DNA of 63,884 nucleotides, the filler included, from Octopus bimaculoides (taxonomy: Eukaryota): NCBI RefSeq assembly GCF_001194135.2. It is 4 parts of 4 records of this genome, joined end to end, with 100 filler letters (N's around TTAATTAATTAA, not from the genome) between each part and the next. Parts side by side here need not be neighbours in the genome. Positions count along the whole stretch, not along the records: positions 1 to 17,407 come from NC_069004.1; positions 17,508 to 48,546 come from NC_068988.1; 2 more parts are not named here. One strand, given 5' to 3'. Of the stretch, positions 14,683 to 27,598 are shown one piece after another. The notes beneath the pieces were generated by a model, which was not told where the DNA came from, did not search any database, and saw only the letters and a program-made list of their open reading frames with translations. The position numbers and the translations under genes are program-made. Position 1 is the stretch's first letter. The number at the start of each line of letters is the position of its first letter.

Positions 14683-14755
<73 letters not shown>

Positions 14756-14854
14756 CAATGCAATGTAAGCCCTCGTCTTTTGGGTTTTTTCACTTTGATA
14801 TTGACTCCGATGTGGTGAGCTCTTTTGGCCAATAAACGAACTCATTATAATCGT

Positions 14855-14936
<82 letters not shown>

Positions 14937-15089
14937 CATCATCATCATCATTATTATCATTATTATTGTTGTTCTTGTTTTTGTTGATGATGTTTTTATT
15001 GTTATTGTTATTATTGCAATTCCATCCCTTCGTGATGGTGACAGATACACTTTTCTAAAAATTCAGTTGTTTCCAAAGTAAAAAGCAAA

Positions 15090-15120
<31 letters not shown>

Positions 15121-15707
15121 AAAGGGGGCAGAAAATTGTGAAAGGGCATTTAGGAAAGCGAAAAGAAAAGAAAAGGATTTTGCAGCAGAAAAACATAATC
15201 GCGAAAACAGAAAAGTCAAGTATGACGACGCATTGAAATGTTGAAAGGTTTGGAGATTTCAAGAACTTTACTGCACAGGTGTATTCTTTTGTTTGCGCAG
15301 CAAATGCAGCAAACAGTACAGCTTGTTGTTTAATGTGGCGTAAATACAGCGTGTGATTTAGTGAAACAACATGCAAGTGTGACAGAAAAAACAACGTGAT
15401 GTGATAACTACGTGACAGAATGGTTGCATGACGGTTTTTTTGCACGTCAACTTGACAGAAAATTTGCACGTCAATGTGACTGTATAATTACATTGTCATG
15501 AGACAGTATCTCTGCGAGATTGTCTGCTTTTGTAACGCCTTGAATGCGTGACACTATTTTGGTATGGCACACGTGATAGTACGATTGCATGTCAGCGTGG
15601 TTGCATGAAATTAGTGTCATCTGATTGCTAGATTGCAATGTTGTGCATGGTAATTATGATGCATGAATGCATGGTTGTGTGACATCGTGGTTGCGTGATC
15701 GACATCG

Positions 15708-15830
15708 ACTTTGCCTTTAATCCTTTTGCAGTCGCTGAAATGAGTACCAGCGGTATACTGGGGGTCGATATAATTGACTAGCACTCTCCCCTAAAATTTC
15801 AATCCTACAGGAGAAAGGATTATTATTAAT
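15708..15830 (+). mobile_element. SINE family C, 3' fragment
   Basis: TCGACTTTGCCTTTAATCCTTTT..GAGTACCAG..GGGGTCGATATAATTGAC, ending AGAAAGGATTATTATT. Confidence 0.75.
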
Positions 15831-15874
15831 GCTCTGAAGCAATTCCAGGCAGTGGCTCTTCTCTTATGGCATCT

Positions 15875-16082
15875 GATCACTGACAGGAAGTGTTAATATG
15901 TACAAGCTTTGTCTTGGTGTAAAAGATGGGCTACAGCAAATATTCTGCTCAATACCACAGATTTGCTTGTCACTTGCCTGACCCTAACCAATTGAGTATA
16001 TCCCTTAATGGCTGATACGTGCATCTCTGATTACGATCAAGAGTAGTGGGGGGTGAAACATCATAGCCATGTGTTGGGAGGA
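15875..16082 (+). mobile_element. Interspersed repeat family E, partial
   Basis: Homologous to the reverse complement of about 35350-35570 (GATGGGCTACAGCAAATATTCTGCT..ATACCACAGATTT..CATCATAGCCATGTGTTG). Confidence 0.8.
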
Positions 16083-16100
16083 CGTTTCTTAGCTGCTTAA

Positions 16101-16165
<65 letters not shown>

Positions 16166-16307
16166 CATTATCAAAATCATCCTTCAGTAATTATGTTATC
16201 CTGACTACGAATGATATCTCGAAGCACAATAGCACCAGCAACACAACAATCACCACCGCCACCACCACCATCACACCGACCACGACCACCACGACAACCA
16301 CCGCCAA

Positions 16308-16375
<68 letters not shown>

Positions 16376-16514
16376 TTACTACTTGTTGATGCGATGCGAA
16401 CAAATAATCCATCGTTCTGTTTGTATTTTGTTGACACACTTCCTTCCAACTAACGATATGGATGCTCTTAAATTTTATCACCCATATTTACTTTCACTTT
16501 CAATTCATTTCTTT

Positions 16515-16562
<48 letters not shown>

Positions 16563-17242
16563 CCTCTCTCTCTCTCTCTATCTTTCCTTTATTCATTCTC
16601 AAATTTATATATCTAATATTGTTCCGTTTTAGCGGAACTTTTTCGCATCTCGTTAGTATTTCCTTCAAGCTATCTATCATATGCTATCTGCGTTAGCATA
16701 CATTGGTATGGGTTTTTGTATTTTTTTAAAAAATCTTTTATCTTGTCTCTAACGTCTGCATCCATCGCCCGCTTTAAGCTATCATTTACTACGCTACTAC
16801 ATTTTTTCTTTTGTTTTACATTGTTCTGTTTGTTTTTTTATCTTTGCGAAATCCTATTTAAATTTCACTTTTATTTTATTTTATCATTCACTGTTTGACT
16901 TATTCAGGTAATGGGTATATTCTAATATTGGACATTTGAATTTGTAAGATGAGAACTCCATTAGTTTCTCATTTTCACAGCCAGAACCAAAGTCAATTGC
17001 TACTTTAAAAAAAAAGTTTCAGCAAATATTAATGGAATCAGATAAAAATGAACAATAACAACAAAAATTTATATGTAAATAAAATAGGTATAACATAAAA
17101 GAAAAACATCAACTAGAACATCAACAACAACTGCAACAACAACAGTCTGTCGATTGAAGCAAATTAATTTTACATTCTTTCTCGCCATCTCTATCCGTCT
17201 GTCTGTCACTCTGTCTCGCTCCCTCTGTCTCTCTGTTTGTCA

Positions 17243-17295
<53 letters not shown>

Positions 17296-17451
17296 GTCAA
17301 CTTTTCTCTCTCTCCTACGATCTCTGCCTCTTTTCCTCCTCTCTCTCTCTCTTTCTTCATTTCCTCCTCCTCCCCTCTCTCTCTCTCTCTTCCAAAATCT
17401 CTGTTTCNNNNNNNNNNNNNNNNNNNNNNNNNNNNNNNNNNNNNNNNNNNN

Positions 17452-17463
17452 TTAATTAATTAA
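17452..17463. other. Synthetic scaffolding spacer 44N-TTAATTAATTAA-44N
   Basis: Identical 100-nt construct at 17408-17507, 48547-48646 and 62417-62516. The 12-mer has stops in all six frames. Confidence 0.9.
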
Positions 17464-17507
17464 NNNNNNNNNNNNNNNNNNNNNNNNNNNNNNNNNNNNN
17501 NNNNNNN

Positions 17508-17545
<38 letters not shown>

Positions 17546-17733
17546 CAAGTAAAAACACACACACACATTCACATGCACAAACACAGAGTATGTAAAACAA
17601 TAGACAAATGCATAGATACATAGGTATGTAGGAAGTGAGATGGCTGATCGATAGTTAGTTAGATAGGAACAGACAGACGAACGGAGAGAGACAGACAGGC
17701 ATACAGACAGATAGATAGATAGATAAATAGATT

Positions 17734-17795
<62 letters not shown>

Positions 17796-18341
17796 AGTGC
17801 CAGTTTCTGTCTGTGTGACTGTATTCTTGAATGTCTGTCTATGCGCATGTTTTTGTTTCTGAGTGTGTATGCATATATCTACATCTATCTCTATGCTTGT
17901 GCATGTCTATATAATATATATATATATATATGTATATGTATATATATANNNNNNNNNNNNNNNNNNNNNNNNNNNNNNNNNNNNNNNNNNNNNNNNNNNN
18001 NNNNNNNNNNNNNNNNNNNNNNNNNNNNNNNNNNNNNNNNNNNNNNNNNNNNNNNNNNNNNNNNNNNNNNNNNNNNNNNNNNNNNNNNNNNNNNNNNNNN
18101 NNNNNNNNNNNNNNNNNNNNTATACATATACTTATATATATGTATGTATGTATGTATGTATATGGGTATGCATCTGCTCATGTGTGTGTGTGTTTGTGTG
18201 TGTCTATAATTTACTCAAAACTTCAAATGGTGTTATATTTGTCTGAGAAATCTATTAAAATTGACCTACAAATAAGAAAACGCAAACACTCTCACAGATA
18301 CACACATGAACATATACATATAAACACAAACAGCCAAGCAT

Positions 18342-18395
<54 letters not shown>

Positions 18396-18699
18396 ATACT
18401 AATACACGCTTACGCGCAGTGGTGTGAAGTAATGAGTAAAGTAATGAGGGAAATGTTTACTGTTGTTTTTATTATTTTTTGTGTGTGTGATTGTGGTTAT
18501 TTTGGTTTTGCTGTTTTTGTCTTATTTTTCCTGTTGACAAACTTGAAAAGCATCAATTTAGCGTATGCGCATGCGTTACACTGTTATCTGAGCAGGCTCG
18601 ACATTTCATCGCATTGCAATGAGAAACAGTGAGGAAGCTTCATGAAAACGTATCTGACTGCGGTTTGTGTCGAATAAATGGGAAACTTGTTGGAGGAGC

Positions 18700-19240
18700 A
18701 TAAGTCGTCATCTGGCGATGCGGTTTCACTTCCTTTTTGGAAGAAAAACTGTCACTTGGCAATGCGAATTTGATTCTTTTGAACGACAGGCTGTCGTCTG
18801 GTGAAGCAGTTTCGATTGTTTTGGAAGATAAGTTATCATCTGGCAGGGCGGTTTCGAATCTTTTGGAGGAAAAAAGCTGTCATCTGGTGAAGCAGTGTCG
18901 ATTGTCTTGGAGGATAAGTTATCATCTGGCAGGGCGGTTTCGAATCTTTTGGAGGAAAGAGCTGTCGTCTGGTGACGCAGCTTCGATTCTTTAAGAAGAT
19001 AAGATTTCATTTGGTGATACACTATCAATTGTTTGGGAGGATAAGCTGTCATATGACGATGCAGGTTCGATTCTTTTGGAGGATAGGTTGTTATTTGGCG
19101 GTACACTTTCGATTCTTTAAGAGGATAAGGTTTCAGCTGGTGATGCAATTTCGATTGTTTTGGAGGGTAAGCTGCTAAAGGGCGATGCGTTTTCGTTTGC
19201 TGCAGTGGGTAAACTATTTTCTGGCCATGCTGTTTCATTT
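18700..19240. repeat. 42-bp minisatellite, about 13 diverged units
   Basis: Consensus AAGCTGTCATCTGGTGATGCAGTTTCGATTCTTTTGGAGGAT. The 14-aa periodicity is visible in the ORF-track peptides 18726-19292 (-) and 18737-18994 (+). Confidence 0.9.
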
Positions 19241-19348
19241 CTTTTCTTTCACCTTTAGAGTAGTCACGATGACAAAAGCACCGCATGTACATTTGAATGT
19301 AGGATTTCCGTGGAATTGTTCCTCAAACAATATTGGTTTCAAATTTAA

Positions 19349-19539
19349 GGCTGCGAGCTGGCAGAATCGTTAGCAGTATTTCGTCTGTCTTTACAATCTG
19401 AGTTCAAATTCCGCCGAGGTCGAATTTGCCTTTCATCCTTTCGGGGTCGATAAATTAAGTACCAGTTGCGTATTAGGGTAGATCTAATCGATTGGCCCTC
19501 TCCCCCAACATTTCGGGACTTGTGCTTAGAGTAGAAAAG
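19349..19539 (+). mobile_element. SINE family C with 20-bp target-site duplication
   Basis: Family C head and body. AATATTGGTTTCAAATTTAA at 19329-19348 and 19540-19559. Confidence 0.88.
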
Positions 19540-19760
19540 AATATTGGTTTCAAATTTAAACATAATACCAGCAGTTTTGAAAAAAAAAATGGATATGGTT
19601 AAATACCATTGACCGAAGTAATTTGCTTGTACTTTATTTTAAGGACGCTGGAGGGAAAAACACCACAGTTGACCTCAGGTTAATTTGAACTCATAACGTA
19701 AATATCCAGAAAAAATACCTCAAGACATTTTATCCGTTACTACAACTATTCTGCTAACTC
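19540..19760 (-). mobile_element. Old, decayed family C copy
   Basis: Diverged GTTGACCTCAGGTTAATTTGAACTCATAACGTAAA..CTATTCTGCTAACTC. Confidence 0.55.
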
Positions 19761-20162
19761 TTTTCTACTCTAGGCACATGGCCCGACATTTCGGAGGAGG
19801 GGGCCAGTCGATTAGATCGACCCCAGTACGCAGCTGGTACTTAATTTTTCGACCCCGAAAGGATGAAAGGCAAAGCCGACTTCGGCGGAATTTGAACTCA
19901 GGACGGAAAGACAGACGAAATACCAGTAAGTATTTCGCCCGGCCTGATAACGTTTCTTATTTCTTTATTGCCCACAAGGGGCTAAACATAGAGGGGACCT
20001 TTAAGGACAGACAAAGGGATTGAGTCGATTACATCGACCCCAGTGCGTAACTGGTACTTAATTTATCGACCTCGAAAGGATGAAAGGCAAAGCCGACCTC
20101 GGCAGAATTTGAACTCAGGACGTAAAGACAGACGAAATAACGTTAAGCATTTCACCCGGCGT
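19761..20162 (-). mobile_element. Two tandem family C copies (19761-19955 and about 19958-20162), followed by (GATA)n
   Basis: Two successive GACCCCAGT..CTGGTACTTAATTT..GAAAGGATGAAAGGCAAAGCCGAC..GAATTTGAACTCAGGACG blocks with different tails. Confidence 0.88.
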
Positions 20163-20178
20163 GATAGATAGATAGATC

Positions 20179-20240
<62 letters not shown>

Positions 20241-20729
20241 CAGACTGGGAGGAAGAAAGTGAGTAGTGTAGATATCGTCAGAAAGCCGGAAATAAAACAT
20301 TGGGATCGTATTTTAGAGTTTGCGTGGGTCATAGAGATAGACTGGTTGTGACAGCAACAACAACATCAACAGCAAAAACAACGTGTATTGCATTGCAATC
20401 TATAGCGTCAACGACCAATGTAAGATATATGCCGTCAGCATAATAATAAGAATATAAAATTAACTGAAGAAATACAAAGGGAAAGAAGAAAGAATATGGT
20501 AAAACTGGCAGAAAATATCATTACAACAATAAACAATAATAAATGTAGAAGCAATATGGGTGAATATAATAGCAACAGCAATAAGAATAACTGCGACAGT
20601 GGCTAGAAGATATACTACCAATGTATAAGAAACCTGACCAAGAAAGAAAAACAAAAAAAAACAAGGCAAGATGGCGACGGCGGCGGCGGCGGCAATAAGA
20701 AAATAATAAATAAAATGTAAAGAGCAAAA

Positions 20730-20769
<40 letters not shown>

Positions 20770-21687
20770 AGGGGAAATGGTGAAATATGGAAGAAAGCCA
20801 TGAAATATCAAAGAATAATGGTGTTAGCTGGCAGTTATCAGGTTCTGGTGGCGAGAACCATGTTGTACGGCTTCTGTTCCAAATGGAAAATGTGTTTTGG
20901 AAATCTTATCAACGTCCACAGATGATATGAGAATACGAGAGAGAAAGAGAGAGCAGCGACGAGGACACCGCCAGCAAGAACAAAAACCACCACCACCACC
21001 ACCAACAGAACAACCATAGCCACAACCACCACAGCCACCACCACCACCACCACTACCACCAACACAACCACCACCACCACTACCACCAACACAACCACCA
21101 ATAACACAACCACCAACAACAAAACCATAAAAAACAAGGCTACCACCACCACAGCCACANNNNNNNNNNNNNNNNNNNNNNNNNNNNNNNNNNNNNNNNN
21201 NNNNNNNNNNNNNNNNNNNNNNNNNNNNNNNNNNNNNNNNNNNNNNNNNNNNNNNNNNNNNNNNNNNNNNNNNNNNNNNNNNNNNNNNNNNNNNNNNNNN
21301 NNNNNNNNNNNNNNNNNNNNNNNNNNNNNNNNNNNNNNNNNNNNNNNNNNNNNNNNNNNNNNNNNNNNNNNNNNNNNNNNNNNNNNNNNNNNNNNNNNNN
21401 NNNNNNNNNNNNNNNNNNNNNNNNNNNNNNNNNNNNNNNNNNNNNNNNNNNNNNNNNNNNNNNNNNNNNNNNNNNNNNNNNNNNNNNNNNNNNNNNNNNN
21501 NNNNNNNNNNNNNNNNNNNNNNNNNNNNNNNNNNTAATAATAACAATAACAACAGCATCAGGAGTAGCAGCAGAATGGATATGGTGGATGTGGACGAGGG
21601 CAACAACGAAGGCCAACAGCATCATGAATAACAGGAAGATAAGCGAGGATTAACAGCAGAGACTGCAGCAGCAGCGGCAGCGGCAGC

Positions 21688-21720
<33 letters not shown>

Positions 21721-22684
21721 AAGAAGACCAACAACAACAACAGTGAAATGAATAACGAAGACGACGACCATCTGCAGCAACAACAGAACCAGCAGCAGCA
21801 GAAGCAGAAGCAGAACTACAGGAGCAAAGAGGACGAGGATAAACAAAATGGCAACTAACAGCAGCACAACAACAACAGCAACGACAGCAACAATTAACAG
21901 TAAAGTTAACAGCAGGAGCAGCAGCAACAACAACAACAACAACAACAACAGTTATTAATAAAAACAGCAGCAGCAGCAACAACAACAACAAGAAAATGAA
22001 TAAGGACAAAGACAACAATCCTTTTTCTTCAGGGCACAAGGCCTGAAAATCCTAGGGGACGGATTACATCGATGTANNNNNNNNNNNNNNNNNNNNNNNN
22101 NNNNNNNNNNNNNNNNNNNNNNNNNNNNNNNNNNNNNNNNNNNNNNNNNNNNNNNNNNNNNNNNNNNNNNNNNNNNNNNNNNNNNNNNNNNNNNNNNNNN
22201 NNNNNNNNNNNNNNNNNNNNNNNNNNNNNNNNNNNNNNNNNNNNNNNNNNNNNNNNNNNNNNNNNNNNNNNNNNNNNNNNNNNNNNNNNNNNNNNNNNNN
22301 NNNNNNNNNNNNNNNNNNNNNNNNNNNNNNNNNNNNNNNNNNNNNNNNNNNNNNNNNNNNNNNNNNNNNNNNNNNNNNNNNNNNNNNNNNNNNNNNNNNN
22401 NNNNNNNNNNNNNNNNNNNNNNNNNNNNNNNNNNNNNNNNNNNNNNNNNNNNNNNNNNNNNNNNNNNNNNNNNNNNNNNNNNNNNNNNNNNNNNNNNNNN
22501 NNNNNNNNNNNNNNNNNNNNNNNNNNNNNNNNNNNNNNNNNNNNNNNNNNNNNNNNNNNNNNNNNNNNNNNNNNNNNNNNNNNNNNNNNNNNNNNNNNNN
22601 NNNNNNNNNNNNNNNNNNNNNNNNNNNNNNNNNNNNNNNNNNNNNNNNNNNNNNNNNNNNNNNNNNNNNNNNNNNNNNNNNNNN

Positions 22685-22907
22685 TAATATCGATTTCAAA
22701 ATTTGACACAACGCCAGCAATTTGGGGATAGAGAATAAGTTGATTACATTAACCTCAGTGTATCACTTGTACTTGATATCTCGACCCTCAAAAGGATGAA
22801 AGGCAAAGTCGACGTCGGTGGCATTTGAACACAGAACGTAAATACAGACGAAATAGCGCTAAGCATTTCGCCCGGCGTGCTAACCACTCTGCCAGGTCGC
22901 CGCCCTT
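22685..22907 (-). mobile_element. SINE family C
   Basis: AAAGGATGAAAGGCAAAGTCGACGTCGGTGGCATTTGAAC..GCTAACCACTCTGCCAGGTCGCCGCCCTT. Confidence 0.8.
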
Positions 22908-23494
22908 AGATGCAATATCAACTATAACAACAACAAAAACAACATTGGTGGTAATAACAGTAATAGAAAAAAAAAAAGGAATGCTACAGCAAAATGGCCG
23001 AACAAGGACGACAACAAACAAGAGCAAATTAAGCAACAACAATGTCAACAAGAAGAAGAACAATGCCAAATCATTTCAGGAATAAAACAACAAAAACTAT
23101 AAAAACAACACCAACAACAACAGCAACAATAACAACAACAATAGCGATAAAGACGGCAAGAAACTATAAGGACATGGCAACAGTAACAACACGAGAAATA
23201 ACAACAATAAGCAATGCCTCAGAGAAACCATTAGCAGCACTTAAGAGAAGAAAAATATACAGAATCTGGAATGGAAATTCCCCACCACCCAGCTAGGGAG
23301 TCGGAGACAAAGAGTGGCATTTTGATCGAAACACTTATGTGGTCACACAACCACACACACACGCCTGCACAAGCAAACAAACATATACACAAGTTCTTGC
23401 AACGCATATATGTGTATACAATGCATAAATATGTGTATATATATATAAAAACATACATATATAATGTATACATGTATATATATGCACACATACA

Positions 23495-23530
<36 letters not shown>

Positions 23531-23702
23531 TATACACACACACACACATACGTGTATATATAGTTTATAAATGTATGCATAGATGTAGATATATACTGAC
23601 AAAACATCAACATTGGCGAAGATGTCACTTTTCTCCTGATATCCTGATAACTTTTTTACCCACACATGCACGCACACACGCACACACACACACTCACATA
23701 CG

Positions 23703-23756
<54 letters not shown>

Positions 23757-23990
23757 CTTCCATACATGTGCCATTGTTCCATACCTCTATACTAAAATAT
23801 ACACCGCAACTAACGCACACAAACTTTCCTCTTATTATGTCCGTTTACTGATACGAATAAACACATTTAAATTTTGTATCTATACATCAGCCCTTTCTTT
23901 CCATCTTGACTCCTTTTAAAATAGCTTCCTCACTTGCGTTCTGAGACTCTCTTTATTTTTCCTCAGAGACTTTTTCTCCCATTCTCAATG

Positions 23991-24018
23991 CTGAAGAAGG
24001 CCTAACTACCGAAACGTT
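23991..24018 (+). ncRNA. Minimal hammerhead-like motif, probably a decayed Penelope-like terminus
   Basis: CTGAAGA-A-GG-cctaacta-CC-GAAA-CGTT. Both core boxes are present, with a 2-bp stem II and palindromic AACGTT. Stem I does not pair convincingly. Confidence 0.4.
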
Positions 24019-24072
24019 AAGATCTTATATTTCCGTTAAAACTTGACTTTAATAACTTATTTATCAAATCTT

Positions 24073-24222
24073 ACGACGGGCTTTTTAAAGTTTCCGTCTC
24101 GACTAAGTCCACTTACAACGTATTGGTCGACCTGAGATTATACAGCAGACACTTGCCCGAGGTGTCATGCAGTGGGACTGAACCCGGAAGGATATGGTCG
24201 GGATACAAACTTCTTACCACAC
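24073..24222 (-). mobile_element. SINE family B, 5' half
   Basis: GACACTTGCCCGAGGTGTCATGCAGTGGGACTGAACCCGG (reverse of head and CORE-like part). Confidence 0.8.
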
Positions 24223-24427
24223 AATATGTTTGTGTGTATGTATGTATGTATGTATGTATACACACTTTATGAAAGCATATGTCTAGATTTGCATACGTAG
24301 ACTCACACACACGTGTACACCAAGACAAATATATATGTGTGTATAATACATGTATATAAATGTGTATTGTGAGTATATGCTGATGTATGTATATGCGTAC
24401 GCCTATATATGTGTACCTCTATATATG

Positions 24428-24470
<43 letters not shown>

Positions 24471-24928
24471 GTGTGTGCGCGTGTGTGTGTACGTGTGCGC
24501 CCTAGTTTCTTCATTTCGAGATTCTAGGTCTTCACATCAGTTCCATTTGCAACCATCTGAAGACGCCATTATGGAGAACAAAATACATATCACTTGTAAG
24601 AGTTCCTTCCCCTTCCTTCACCCCCGCTCCCCTCCTTCCTATCTCTCTCTTTCTCTCTCCTCTACCACTTACTCTCTCTCCCACTTATTCCCACTTCCTT
24701 ACTCTCCCTCATATCTATTTATTTACTTATTTATTTTAGCGTCCGCTTCTATCACAAATTAAACAATAAACAACAACAACCACAACCACAACATCAACAG
24801 CAGTAACTACGATCACGAGTATAATAACAACGACGAAAATGAAAGTAGAACAAGGAAGACGGAACATATAAAGATAGTGGGGTGGGGGAAGAGATATAGA
24901 ACTGAAGAAGTAGTAAAAATCTTTATAT

Positions 24929-25316
24929 AGGCGCAGGCATGGTTCTGTGCTAAGTAGCTTGCTCGCCAACCACATGGTTCCAGGTTCAGTCCCACTGCGT
25001 GGCACCTTGGGTCAGTGTCTTCTACTATAGCCTCGGGCTGACCAAAGCCTTGTGAGTGGATTTGGTAGACGGAAACTGAAAGAAGCCCGTCTGATATATA
25101 TATGTATATGTGTGATTTTGTGTCTGTGTTTGTCCCCCTATCATCACTTGACAACCAATGTTGCTGTGTGTACGTCCCCATAACTTAGCGATTCGGCAAA
25201 AGAGACCGATAGGATAAGTACTAGGCTTACAAAGAATAAGTCCTGGGGTCGATTTGTTCGACTAAAAGCGGTGCTCCAGCATGGCTGCAGTCAAATGACT
25301 GAAACAAATAAAAAAT
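24929..25316 (+). mobile_element. SINE family B, full length
   Basis: Colinear with 28143-28546. B-box GGTTCAGTCCC and CORE-like GCACCTTGGGTCAGTGTCTT. Confidence 0.92.
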
Positions 25317-25451
25317 ATATATATAGAATGACAAAATCATTGAAGTTTGAGCAAAATACGTTGTAGTGTTTGTTTCTTGTGCTCTCCAAGGTTCTGAGTT
25401 CAAGCCCCAATGAGGCAATGTTACTGCTTCTCTTTTAGCAATCAATAAGTA

Positions 25452-26166
25452 ATGTACACGACATGTTGGACAGCTGCCACTCTTTAATATGTTGGTCTGC
25501 TAGTTTCTTGTAAGTAGGCATTGATCTTGGGCTGCTATGATATACCCACCTCTCTCAGATTTTAAACCAGAAGACACTAAACATTGACGGGTAAAGGCTT
25601 TGTCAACATCGGCACTATTAGCTCTCTTTGGGTATTTGCCATTGAGGGGTTTTTCTTGCCATTTATCAGTAAGAATATCTAAAGCAGCAGTTTCAACACG
25701 GGTTTTCATCCGCATAACTTTTTCTGTGCTTGTTTCCAGTACGTCTAATTCTGGAATTTGTTGTATTGAGAATTCACTTAGATATTCCTTTTCCTGTTTT
25801 GCTACTGAGTATGATGTTTTCTTGTTTTCGTGCTTCAAGACAAGTTTTAACCTCCAGTCATCAGAGTTTTTCAGGTAGGTGTTAAGGCCAGTTGTGTCCA
25901 TCTTCATTGTTAATTATAGTTCTAAAAGTCCTCGTCCACCTTCTTTTCTTGGCAGATAAAGTCGTTCTAAATCTATCTACCTTAGGGTGGTGCATTCTAT
26001 GCATTGTCAAAAATTTTCGTATTTTTCTGTCAAGATTACATATTTCAGTAATTGACCAGTTAATGATATTGAAACTGTAAGTCACGACTGGTATAGCTAA
26101 AGTATTGACCGCTTCGATCCGGTTTCTTGCATTCAGCCCTGCCTTAAGTATTACACTTAGCCTCAT
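25452..26166 (-). pseudogene. R4/Dong-like non-LTR retrotransposon fragment (post-RT region to start of the zinc knuckle), frameshifted
   Basis: Peptides ILKAGLNARNRIEAVNTLAIPVVTYSF..RKFLTMHRMHHPK and KWQEKPLNGKY..GLKSERGGYIIAAQDQCLLTRN*QTNILKSGSCPTCRV match motifs I recognise from RLE-type (R4 clade) elements. Frameshift near 25980 and an in-frame stop near 25500. Confidence 0.85.
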
Positions 26167-26183
26167 CCTTACCCTTATTGTTG

Positions 26184-26236
<53 letters not shown>

Positions 26237-26237
26237 G

Positions 26238-26305
26238 TTCAGTAGTTTTATTTTTATAACGTGCTTTCACTTCACTACCGAGCGCAGCTCTGTGCGCCTT
26301 GGGTA

Positions 26306-26306
<1 letters not shown>
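26238..26306 (-). mobile_element. Short element embedded in (TAA)n (copy 2)
   Basis: 63/69 identical to 2653-2721. (TTA)n on both sides. Confidence 0.7.
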
Positions 26307-26350
<44 letters not shown>

Positions 26351-26436
26351 CAAAAGTGTTGCGGTTGTGTTGTCGTTGTTGTTTGTACGTGTATATTATT
26401 ATTAACGTCACGGCCATCTGCGTCCAATTAAAGAGC

Positions 26437-26467
<31 letters not shown>

Positions 26468-27437
26468 TATCATCATCATCATCATCATCACTATTACTAC
26501 CACAGCTGCTGCTGTTGTTATTACTACTACTACTACCACTGCTGCTGCTACTTCTACACGCAGCGCTGAAGAGACGCAGAAACAATTAATACGTCGAAGC
26601 CATAACAAATATGTTGTAATATCATATAATTTGTCTGTAGATATTCTTGACGAAGTTTTAGGGAGTTGGTTGATATTCATGGTGTTGTTGGTTGTGATGC
26701 CGTTATCCCGTTCATTCTCGTTGGTAGACAATAGCGGTGGAGAGGCGATGGCGGCTGATCTTCCGGCTTCAACATAATTTTGTTGTGTATTTTTATTTTT
26801 TTTATTTTTTATAATTTTGTTTGGCTTTAGCTTTTCAACAAATTATTTTTGCGGATTTTGTACTTTTCGTAGCTGTTGATAATGCGTACGGATATATATA
26901 TATATATATATANNNNNNNNNNTATCTTTATATGTATTTATGTATGTATGTATGTATGTATACACATATACGCACATATATCATAGAAACACTGGAAACA
27001 CTTCATCCGCCATCTTGTTCGTATCACCTGTGCCGCCTGACGATAAAATATAATAAGCATGGTGGCCATATTTATATGGCTTTCGCTGAAGAGAAAGAAA
27101 ATTGCATACGCCATTGTGTTTGTGAGGTAGAGTGCGCTGGTGTCAGAGCGTGCGCATGGATGCGCGCAAAGGAGCGTTGGCGATGACTGACAACAGAAAA
27201 ACACTTACAGGATTCATCGACTATTTCTAAGCCCTTATCACTGTCAGAATTTTAGGGGTTTCATTAATATAATTTATGCTCAAATTAACGATATCGTATT
27301 CACCCTTATCATTCTTTATTTCATTGTATTTGTTTTTGTTTTTTTTCTTGTTTCCTATAAAATATCTACTTTTATATTTCTATGTTCTTTATTGTTTATA
27401 TCAACATCAGTATTAATTTTAGTTCTAATGTTGATTA

Positions 27438-27506
<69 letters not shown>

Positions 27507-27562
27507 GGCGGCGGGCTGGCTTAGTGACATACTTAGCGGAGTGTGTGTGTCTGTGTGTGTGT

Positions 27563-27598
<36 letters not shown>

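Noticed and set aside
14800-14845. CCGATGTGG..CCAATAAACG Penelope-like motif
   Set aside because: Both core boxes deviate from consensus; too degenerate to support.
27152-27175. let-7-like TGAGGTAG (also at 41609)
   Set aside because: Only the first 8-9 nt match, with no hairpin or rest of the mature sequence. The second site is in a SINE head.
27200-27250. Possible minus-strand micro-exon with a GTAAGT donor
   Set aside because: Weak acceptor, no recognisable peptide, and no neighbouring exons to support it.
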